Assembly (NCBI GenBank): GCA_965649825.1 | Contig: OZ287705.1 | Span: 310,001-374,000 of the forward strand | Length of the DNA stretch: 64,000 nucleotides | Direction of reading: 5' to 3' | Origin: Penicillus capitatus | Lineage: Eukaryota; Plantae; Chlorophyta | Shown here: positions 34,152 through 44,500 of the stretch, piece after piece | Layout: every line of letters starts with the position of its first letter | Numbering within the stretch: the first letter of the stretch is position 1 | The notes under the pieces: model-generated | The model's database searches: none | What the model was told of the DNA's origin: nothing | What the model saw: only the letters and a program-made list of their open reading frames with translations | Position numbers and translations under genes: made by a program

Positions 34152-34470
34152 TTATATACCCCTTCAGATGATGTGACAGCGTCACATCGTTTTGTCGCGC
34201 AATCAGCCAATCACGACGCGAATTCGGAATACTAACCGTCGGAAGAAGAAGCTGGAAGGAAGACGTCGATGCAGCCGATAGCCAATCACGTTGCAGTATC
34301 GGAATATTCCATCTGTCACATCAGAATATTCCATCTGTCACGTCAGAATAATCCATCTCCATCTGTCACATCGGTTTCTCGTCGATTCAGCCACTCAGCG
34401 CGCATCTTTGGCAGTCTAACCGTCCTCAAGGTGACGTTGACAGGGTCGCGTCAACGTCCAAGTATTTAAG
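34152..34470. promoter_or_regulatory. Candidate divergent Pol II promoter
   Basis: TATATAA on the minus strand (34152-34158) and TATTTAA on the plus strand (34463-34469). Two agccaatca CCAAT boxes (~34205, ~34280) and several GTCACA motifs lie between them. The same TATTTAA occurs in both LTR families. Confidence 0.55.
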
Positions 34471-34928
34471 GGGCTCCGCGACGCGCATTTCGTCTTTTGT
34501 CGTTAGGGCGGTTCTACTGGTGGGTTCTCGCTCCCGGGTTTCGGCTCGGAACACAGAACGCCAAAAACCGGGCCAGTGCTGCCAGGCTATAAGCCGCCGA
34601 CCCGGCCCGTCGGTGTTGCGAGGCGCCCCTTCGGGAGGTGCTGCTGACCATCACCTTCCCGCCGCGGTTGGCGCGTGCAAAGGTCGTTAGACGCTGGATT
34701 CGGAGTGTCTAAGGCGTGTTGCGAGGCATCACTTAGGTGGCGCTGCTGACCTCCACACCTGGCTCCGAACTTTGCGCTCCGCCGCACGCTTAAGACATAC
34801 GGCTCCACTGCGCTAATGCCACGCCGCCTTCGGGTGACGCGTCACTGGTTCAGTGGGGAGGGTGGGCTTGGGGTTATCCTAGCCAATCCGGATCTTTCCG
34901 GATCCCGTCGAGGGTTTTGGTGCCTCGA

Positions 34929-34986
34929 CGTGAAGGGGTCTGACGAGACGGGTGGCGCCGTCGAAACCCTTAGGTCTTTTGTTTAC
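34929..34986 (+). ncRNA. Minimal hammerhead HH2; predicted cleavage after 34976, with a weak stem I
   Basis: CUGACGA-gacgg(gtggcg)ccgtc-GAA-acc(ctta)ggt-C. Stem I is mostly G-U pairs with a U-U mismatch next to the core. Confidence 0.65.
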
Positions 34987-35151
34987 GTGTCTCCATACCG
35001 CGCGCGCTCGATTTACGCGTTCCATTCTCGCTCTCCGTGTCGGAGCTCGGCCGATGTCAGACGCATGAGTAGATCTGCCGCCACCATACGCCGCATCACG
35101 GTTCTTCTGCGTCGAACGCGTCGCTGCTGCGTTCTGGATCGTGCCGAGTCG

Positions 35152-35230
35152 TGGCAAATGGGTCTGACGAGACGGGTGGCGCCGTCGAAACCGCAGAGTG
35201 CTTCGTTGCATTCGGTGGTCACCCTAGCCA
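35152..35230 (+). ncRNA. Type I hammerhead ribozyme HH3; predicted cleavage after 35220
   Basis: tggc-aaat-gggt-CUGACGA-gacgg(gtggcg)ccgtc-GAA-accgcagagtgc(ttcgtt)gcattcggtggt-C-accc-ta-gcca. All three stems form, and stem I has an internal loop. Confidence 0.9.
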
Positions 35231-36836
35231 GTCGTTTTTACTTTTTTGCCTCTCTACTGCTTATTTTCCATCCATCTGTCGGTCTTCAAGCGTCAACGCT
35301 GAAAACCCTAACAGCCGACGACAATACGATCTACGTGTATATGAGCGCTCCCTACGTTTTTAAAGCCTTGCAAAGCAAACGAAAGCACCACTGCGCTGTG
35401 TCTCTTATGCGTCCGTCCGCCTGTGAAGTGGTCAAACCCTAGTTTGTTTATTGTAAATGCAAACCTGGAGCCGATGCATTTTTGAAGAGGAGTACTACTG
35501 GAAAGTAGACTTCTGCCTCTGTCTGGTCCAGAGTGACAGAGCCTTCCTCTGGTTTTCTGAAGGATGGATTTTTCAAATTTTCCTTGTGACAGCAAAGGTC
35601 ATGACAGAAACAGACAATCAGCACATCGACCTTGGCGTTCATCCAAACATCGACGAAGCGATACCACGTTGCAAGGGATAATGGGCCCGTAAAGCTTTCG
35701 AGGAACATTCTCGCAGCATGAACTGGCGATTCTCAAAGTTTGCCGTTGCATTGGTCGATTCCAACACCTGAGCTCTTCATTCGTTTTTTAACAAGAGTTC
35801 ACTCCCTCAGCACTGTCACCGTTTTCACGTCAAGAAACGTTCTAAACGCGCATCTTCGTTCTCCTCGCGTCGTCACACAGACAGAGATTGATCTCACGAG
35901 AACACACTCAAAGAATGGTGTTTGTGGCGAATACATAACACAGGCTTTTTGGTACAGAGCTGAGGTCGCAGCTCCCCTGCGTTCATGTCTCACTAGTTTT
36001 GAATAACTGACACACTCAGTGCGATGCTAACCGCCATTGAAAATGACGAAAACCAAATCGTCACTTTGTACAGGACAGGTCTTCTGCCTCGTTTCGCAGC
36101 TGAGTTTGTTGAGGACACGCCGACAGGCAGCAGTCTCTCGTCAACGCGGACTTCCAATAGAGAGTGGACGCGCACGGTGTAGAAATAGACGCATCCTTTT
36201 TACTTCACCAGACCTCCGCCGTCCATACCGGGTGCGTCGCGCGATGACAGAAACTGCTTCGAATCGGCAATGTCGACGCGGCCGGTCATGCTTACTAAGG
36301 ACGTGACTGATGCAAGCATCGTTCTTCTTAATCAATGTTTTCCCCGTTCGTGCTTAGTCTGTTGCATAAACAGGACAGGAAGTCAAGCAATCCACGGCCT
36401 TTTCCGCTGAACGTTCTTGCAAAGCGGACACCGTCTTTTCCGCTTTTCGTGAGCCTCCCTCCTCCAGCCACGACAATCATTGCATCTCGCGGCCCCATCA
36501 CTCTCTGTCGGCGTGCCGCATCCGACAAGACTGTCCACAAGACGGCCGATACCCTTGCCGCAGGAGATAGAAACCTCTCGCCGTCGACGCGAGTTCACTT
36601 TAGCACAGTAAGTGCGTCGAGCTTCTCTCTCACAGCAGGAACGGCTTCCTTTATCGCGGCGGTTTTGCCAAGGTTCTCAACAAGACTCGACAGTCGCGGC
36701 GTCTGACAACGGACAGACGAAGAAGCAAAACTCGGGACGGTGAAAGCAACACCTTCCGTCCTCGGAACGCCGACGGACTATTCAACCTTTTATCCCTCCC
36801 TCTGAGCAACAAAGCAGTCGGTCCTCAGGGAGTCGA

Positions 36837-39107
36837 ATGGCCTTTGGTCAGTTAGACATGCGAGCGTCGTTGGTGGAAGACGAGAATCTCGGGAGAAATT
36901 CGACCGCGTGTCGTTCGGCGCCGAGTCTGGACGATTCGGAAGACATGTGGTTTGAAGGTCTGCATCCAGTCTACAGCGACGAATCCGAGGTCACACAATA
37001 CGTCAGCGTCAACTCTCACTTCAGTAAGATCCAGATTCGAGCGTGGCAGCAATGATGAATGACGCGTTGTCCTTAGCCAACGATGAATCCTTCGAGTCGC
37101 CGAAGACCGAGACACAGAAGGTCCATTCCGCTGTGGATGTCGAACAGGTGCGCCCGTGCTATGTGCCTTCAGTCTTCAGACTGTGTGTGCGTGGAGCGTG
37201 CCAAATGGAACGGCGAGGCGTCGAAAGCATCTATGGAGCCCGGTCGATCACCACCAATCTGTCAGCACGTTCGGTCAAACGCATCACGGGCTGCCGTGTT
37301 GGCCGACCTATACGAAGGACAGATCTTTGCAAGAAAGTCCGCTCAAATGTGCCATAAGGGAGAGGCCGCGAGTTGCTGTGTCCTGCAGGTATGTGATCGA
37401 AAGTGCTCCGCTCGTGGAGACACCGAACAGTCGTTGCGCCGTCAACGCGATCACCGGAGAATGTGTCTACCTCCAATTCTTTCCAGACATGCAGAACGAG
37501 TTTGAAAACTGCATCAGAATGCACAACGCACTGTCAGAGAGCCAATTCATTTGCCGGTACTCAACGACGCACTCTCCGGTGGACGACTGTCGCACGAAAG
37601 CTGCGTCGCAGGTTGCTCGAAGTCATCACAGACGAACGCCACTATCCCCCGTGCTTGATACTGGAGAGAGGCGACTACACTCTACTGGAGAGACTGAGGA
37701 AGGATCCGCCATCCATGATCCGCCGTCTGGCCGTTCTCTATGCGGTGAGGCGACGCCATTCCGTTCTGATCTGGCCTGATCGACCTTTCCGCAGATCCTC
37801 GAGGCGCTGGAAGATGTCCACGATCTCGGCGTGACGCACGGGCGCCTGGAGCCTGCGAACGTCATGTGGTTCTCGGCCGACTGCACCTGGAAGCTGATCG
37901 ACCTGAAGTGCGCCTCGATGGCCGGAGACTGGACGGTGGTGGACGCTGCCGTTGGTAAGTACTCGGCTCCCGAGATCCGCTACGCCGAGCGAGTGGATCG
38001 GCAGCGCGTCCACCTGGATCCTCCGGCCGACATGTGGTCTTTCGGCGTCATCGCCCTGGAGACACTGACGGGTACGCCATTCACTCTCGTTCTGCGAGTC
38101 CATATTTGGCGGCCTTGTCCAGGGAGGACCTTTCTGGATGCCAGCTGTGTCCAGAAGTGCATCGTCGACGACGTCTGGGCCTCCAATCTGGACGCCGATG
38201 ACAACGACAGGTGGCTCTTCGCCGATCCAGGCGGTCGACACGGGGGCAGCGACGAGCAGAGGTACTACAGATTCGTTCGGAAGCTCCTCTGCAGGAGCCC
38301 GAAGCACCGAAGCACGGCGACGGATGCACTCGGAGACGTCCTGTTCCGAAACGTAGAAGACGCCGGCCAGCGAAGCGACTCCCTCGTCCAGGTGCGCCCT
38401 ATCTCACTACTGATCTCGCCCTTCTCCACCATCTTTCTCTGTAGAGATCCCACAACGCTCTTCACACGGATCCCTTTCTCCTGGCGGTGATCGGTGCGCA
38501 GCTGCGGGTGGACGTCAAGGTGGAGGTCCTTTCGGACAGTGGTCTGTCCGACGAGCCGTTTCACTCGAGGGAAGCATACCGTGCCTACACAGAAGATGAC
38601 GAAGATCTCGGCGACGCGATTATCTACATACTGAGATTCCGGGAGCGCTTTCGGCTGCGCCTAACCATCTCATACGCCGAAGGCTGTCAGCTTCCGATCC
38701 AGGAAATCGAATCCGTCTCCATAAAGACCAGCGAAGACGAGATCGTTGCCCTGGAGTTCCACACCGTGTACGCCGACAGCGATCGGTTGGAGACTGCCGT
38801 CCTCGTGGATCCGAGAGCGTTCGGGGGGCACTTTGCCGTCTGCCCGATGTACGGAACGGTGAATAAGCGCTACAGGAGGTCGACGCTGCAGGTGGCGTTC
38901 CGCATAGGCGACGACTCGAACGCCGTCGTGGCGAAGAACTTCGATCTCCACTTCCTCATCGTGGGATCCCACAGGAGACTGCGCCGCTACCGACTGGCGA
39001 GAACGATTCGGCAGCAGTGGTCGCTGCTGCCGAAGCCGGCCAAAAGGGCGGTCCGTCTGGTCTGTCATGGCGTCTGGAAGGCGGCGGAATGCGTCATGCC
39101 GTGCTGA
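36837..39107 (+). CDS. Multi-exon predicted pseudokinase K4, the closest paralogue of K1, with the recurrent C-terminal domain
   Basis: Motifs CVYLQF, PPCLILERG, HGRLEPANVMWF, LIDL, YSAPE, DMWSFGVIALETLT and DPGGRHGGSDEQRY. The domain lies in ORF 38487-39107. The start is approximate. Confidence 0.85.
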
Positions 39108-41529
39108 CCGGTTTAGTAGACAGGAACAGAAGAGCTGTAATCATCAAGTACCAAGAACGAGAGGGTGCCTCTCTGCACACCCTCTCAACCCCTAGTATAG
39201 ACGAGCGAAGTTTTAGTGGGTAAAAGGAACGGTGATTCTGTCACTTCTTTGGGCAGGCGAGTACATATTCGACACCTGATTCGATGCATTGTCAATATCT
39301 TGTTAACTTGATTGTTTGGTGCCTCCAATGGCGCGATGGAAGTAGTGTGCGTCGGGCGAGGTCTGGTGGACCATCCTTGTTAAATGGCGTTTCTCTCCTT
39401 GAACGTTTTCGGACTTAAGTTGCACATTGGTCGGGATCTTAAAGCCTTCGTCATCTGAGAAACGAGTTCATTCGCGGCAATAGACGGAAAGCGAACCATT
39501 GCTCAAGTGAAGGCCGCGACTACTTGTGCGGCATTCCGACAGTTCGAAGAGTGCCTTTCCTTCCAGAAGCAAGGTCGGACGGATACTCTTCACGCAGAAA
39601 CGCGCGTTAAATGGGTACAATTGAAGGCACAGGATTGGCGGTGCGCGGCCCGGTCACTGACTACGTCGACTGATGAATGGATGGCCTCTGGACAGTACAG
39701 ATTGGTCTCCGAACTGTCCGTCGAATTCCATGCTCTGATGTGACTTGAGCTCGAAGGGGCATCGTGATCCATGTCTCTTCCGTGCCATACGATTCTGCTC
39801 CGCGCCGTATGCACGCATCTAAACACGTCGCTATTTTCTACGGCACTAATTGTATCTGGCGAAGAGTCTGCCATCAAACATCCACATCTGTTCGCCAGAG
39901 TGCTAGGAATGCACCTGCATCCTTGCTGAAAGCTCTATTCCTATTGAGCTGGGTGAGTCTTAGTTCCTTAGCAGTTCTTCTAGCCTAATGGCCAGTAGAC
40001 TTGTTTCGCGAACGCCTGTGAATGTTCATGAAAGATGTGTCTATCGTCCGCTCCCGCACCTGTCGGTCGGAAAGCGCTCAATTCCCGAAAACTCGTTACC
40101 GGTTAGGTATTCCCGGGATCAAATCCCAGCGGGAACATTCCATCAACGCCTCGAATCTTCTTCTAGATTACGCAGATGTGACGGGTGATAAGCAAAGTGT
40201 TTTCCTCCGGTGTGCGAGCGCTGAAACCAGACGCTGCGATCTTGATGCGCTTCTGCTAAGGTTCTTACAAACCAGCTCATCTGCTCGCCTTCTCTTTGTG
40301 TCGGAAACTCTACGCATCATGAGAATGCGAGGCAAGTTTGCAGCTGAAAGATGTCTAAAGCTCTGTGCAAGCGTAGAACAGTTTCTAAGCTTCAGGTGCG
40401 TGGAGAATGCAAGACACTTCATGAGAAAGAGGGAGGCTAAAAGCGCCATAGGTAGTGAGATGCACCCGCCCTCGGCCGCCGGCGACCAGAGGCGCCGGGA
40501 TGCTTACTCTGATTGGCGGTGATAAGGCTGTGCTAACTTGTAGTGCGTGTTAATCATTGCGTGCAGGAATGATCTTAGCCTCCCCAATACGGTCGAGGGC
40601 GTCGTATGCGTGAGTCGCATACGGCGTTCTCGGCCGTACTTGCTTTCATATATGCGCGTTACACCTAAGGCCGCAGTCGAATGGAAATGGATATCTGATT
40701 CTTGACTTGTCATATGGGCGTTGTTGAAAGCATCTGCTGACCAGCGCTGCTCTGTAACGGCTCAAAGAAAGCTCTCGACTGTTCTGCTGGGCAAAGTTGC
40801 AGAGAAGATATCAGTTGTCAACGGCACGTTGCTCCAGAGAAAGTTTCTGGTAAGTGTCGTTTCAGTCTACGGTCGAGGGCGTCGTCACTGCCCGGTGTGA
40901 TCTCCATGAGCTTCGTGTTGCGTAGGTGGATGACAGAACCTGGCGTCGATGAAGCGTTTGCGATGCATTTCGATACAGCAAAACAACCAACCGGGCTGCT
41001 CGAGAATATCTGTCGTTTCGTTCACGACGTCAAAATGACTGGATGGATGAGGGTGACGCTTTTGCTTCTGCAGACGAACGACTGGACGACGCGTTGAACT
41101 CGACAGAATCCTTCGTGAACGGAGAACCAGAGAGGGCGATGAGGTTGCAAGGTCTCCTCACTCCATTACAGTATTCGATTATCGCAGGACATCCAGTAAA
41201 GAATCTCCTGAGCGAATTAAATAGACAACTTGAATAATACCATATTCCGCTTCACCAGTTTGTCAACCATGACCTGAGAACCGGCCATTCTTTACGCCTC
41301 AGTTAATTGATCCTGCCAAATGTGCCGATTCGTGATCAACATTCAACAGAAGCTCTAAAATGGTAAAGACAGGGAAAGCCAATCTGAGTTCGCTGGCCTG
41401 CAAAACAATGAACCCTCCAATAACGTTCCTTCTTCATATGAGACAAATTGTAAGACGTCAGCATTCCACTTTAGTTCTTGCAAAGTTCTGCATGGGCGGA
41501 AACTTGATGGAAAAAACAAGTGTATGTGT

Positions 41530-44500
41530 TCAGGGAAGCAAGTCTGCGCTCTCGCATCTGCGCAGCTTGTATGGGTAATCAACGTCCAGATCGTTGTCTA
41601 CATCGTCGTCCAGATCGTTGTCCGCGCTTGGCCCTTCCACGGAGCTCATGCATCTGCGCAGCTTTGAGGCGTGCTCCTTCTTCGATGCACCGGAGACACG
41701 TATCTTCTCGTCGACGCTCTTGCATCGGCGCAGCATTTGGAAAGGTGATGCCTTGTCGTCCAACACCTCTTCGATGACGATTTGATTCGCATCTTCGTCG
41801 AATATGAGACTCTCGGTCGTCGTCTTTTTGACAGCCGTTTCCGACGGTGGCAACTCTCTGGCGAGCATGGCGCTCTTGCATCGGCGCACCTTTAGACTCT
41901 TCCTTTCGTTCGAGGTGTCGTGCATGATGATCCGATCCACCACTTCTCGACACACAGGGCACCGGATCGCTTTCCCTCTTCGCAGATTGTCCTTCAACAC
42001 GCTCAGTGCACAAGAATCGCAGTAGCACTTGTGTCTCCTGGTGCAGCAGCATGCGAGATTAGAACGGATACTGAGAAATCTGCTCTTACGTGTCTCCGTG
42101 GACGGCAGAGCAAGTGGGGATTGCTGCTTCTGGGTCAGGATCCGTGTCCTTGGACGATGCACCTTTACTCTTCTTCGAGCGATCTCCCAATTTGATGTCT
42201 TCTTTCTTTGCCTTGGGAGCAGAACTGTCTGTTTTCTGTGCAGGTTCTGCTGACTTGCTAGCATCTTCCTTCACTTCTGGAGTAGAACTCTTTGTTTTTC
42301 GTGTGGAGTCTACTGCTTTGGTGGATTCTTCTTTTGTTTTTGAGGTTAAGCTCCTGGACTTCTTTGTGTTGTCTTTTGCCCTACTGGCTTCCTTAGAAGT
42401 TAAACCACTTGTCTTTTGTGCCTTGTCGCCTTCCTTACAGACTGCTTTCTTCGCTGTGGAGGATGTGCCTTTGGTCTTCTGCGTCCGTTCTGCCGCCTTG
42501 CTAACCTCGCTCTTCACTTTGCATGGCATGCACTCCGTGATCTCCTCCTCGACAGTTCTCGGCTTCCAGGGAGCGGCGTTCATGATGACGCGATCGACCG
42601 GCTTACGGCAGAATGGGAAGGGACACACGCGTGTTTCCCGACCCTTCAACTTCTTGACAATCTTTTTGCTATAGCCCTCAGTGCAATAGCAGAGGTGCCT
42701 CCTGCAACAAATGCTGGAGTACAACACAGTTCGTTAAACGAGAAGAGACACACCTGCTTTCGTGATCGATGTCTGGGGGCATCTGGCAGATCGGACATTG
42801 CTTATCCCAAGAGAACGTTGCACTCTCACATCTGTACAGTAGCGGAACTTGTCGCAGAGTCCATGTGTCCTCGACGACAGTCTGATCGGATGACGCCTGC
42901 TGCGTTGGAGTCTTCACAGTGCTGTAGGCCTGGACCGCCTCGGATAGCTTGTTGTAGACAGTCTTTGCTTTTTCGTGCATACCGATCATTACGTCTCCCC
43001 ACCATGTGATCTGTTTGACTTTAACAACAGTCAGAGTCGTCGACTCTTGCTGATCTGGGGTCTCGGCGTCGCAGTTGCCTAACAACTCCTTTACCATCTC
43101 TTCTAAAGCGGACATTGCCTCCTCGCATAATTCAACCACTGAGCATGTCTTCACGTTCTGTCCGCCTTCCTCGATTTTCTGACTCGATGACTCTTGCTGA
43201 AGTTGGACCTCTGCTCCGGAGTAGTCCGAAATCACATAAACTAGCTTCTTAAAAGCAGATAATGCTTTCATGTATCTGCGCAGCGTAAGACTCCTTTGTG
43301 TGTTCTGTTTTGTTTTGACAACTGTCTGACTGGATGACTCTCGCTGACCAGGAGGGACCTTGGCTCCGTGAACAGCCGGGGCTTTTTCGAGTAGCTTTCC
43401 GATAGCAGACATTGTTTCGTTGTATCTACGGATCGCTAATTCTCTCTTCGTATTCAATCCGCCTTCATCACCTGTCTGATTCGGCGGCTCTCGCTGTACT
43501 GGGACCACGGATGTATGTATGCCAGAAATCTTTGCTTCCAGCTTCTCCCGAACAATCACTGCGCTCTTGCATCTGCGCAGAGCTGGGATTCGCTCATCGT
43601 CAACAGCATCCTTGACGACGATGCGGTCCACCTCTCTCCGACATACTGGACACTTGTGCTTGCACTTCTTGCCTAACACCGCAAATTCTTTGCATGCACA
43701 GACCTGACAGTAGCATGTGCATTTCCTGGACACTAACTTAAGCAACAAGCTATAAGCGTTTCTGTGATTGTACGTGGATCCGTGCAGCACTGAGCACGTT
43801 GGGTCATCAGCTCCACACACATAACATTTCGATGTCGTCTTCTCGACTGGCGATATCTTCTTTGGACACGTCTTGCTGACGATGCAGTCTTGAACAACCT
43901 TTCCCTTCAGTCTTCTGGCAAGCTCTCTGCCACAGTCCGTGCAGTAGCAAAGGTGTTTCCTGACACAGCCAGACATGCAGCAGAAAGCAGAATGACGGCA
44001 GTACTACGTGTTGCCGTGTCTGACGGCACAGGTAGGATCGATAAGGCATGTGGGACATCGCTCGAAGTAGGGACCGTCGTTCATGATGACTCTCTCCACC
44101 AACAGTTCACACACGGGGCACTTGATCTCCTGCTCATCAAGTAGCGCCTCCTTCAACTTCTTGGCGCATTTGGTGCAGTAGCACAGATGCTTTCTGGCAG
44201 TTGGGCATCAGTGGACAGTGAAGGAGGGAGTGTTTTACGTGTTTCCGTGACGCACAGAGCATGTTGGGTCCTTTTGGCAGGATTCGCACTGCTGCACGCG
44301 ATCGACATCGAGGAGGGTGGCTCTCGCAGTCAATGTGACCCAGCCCCTTTCCAGGAATCCGATGGACTCGTCCGCCAACTGGTCGTTCGTTAAGAACTTG
44401 TGAGCGCCCATGCCTGTTAGTGCTTCGATGCTCTCGGTGAATTCTGTAAAATCCTCTTAGCGATGAAGGTTTACTGAAAAGGCGCGCCTACTTCGAACTT

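Larger units (their letters stand above)
32920..35230. mobile_element. 2311-bp non-coding element with TG..CA ends, 13-bp TIRs and terminal hammerhead ribozymes
   Basis: TIR tggctagggtgac (32920-32932) / gtcaccctagcca (35218-35230). The flanks gtcg at 32916-32919 and 35231-35234 form a 4-bp TSD, or a 5-bp gtcgt TSD if the element starts at 32921. Confidence 0.8.

Noticed and set aside
33531-34171. Peptide repeats in ORFs 33531-33779 and 33698-34171
   Set aside because: The frame is not kept between the two units. The similarity is explained by the DNA duplication.
34745-34762. acctggctccgaac as a second PBS-like or iMet-like motif in the ribozyme element
   Set aside because: It lacks the TGG/CCA end and is not adjacent to a terminus, so chance cannot be excluded.
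33552-34930. Twister, twister-sister, hairpin ribozyme or SRP RNA assignment for the structured segments
   Set aside because: There are only short resemblances (CCGCCUA, GCGAGGC, AGAA). A complete core could not be built by eye.
40588-40885. 18-bp direct repeat tacggtcgagggcgtcgt (40588 and 40868)
   Set aside because: No TSD, TIR or ORF context supports an element, and two short copies are not enough for a call.
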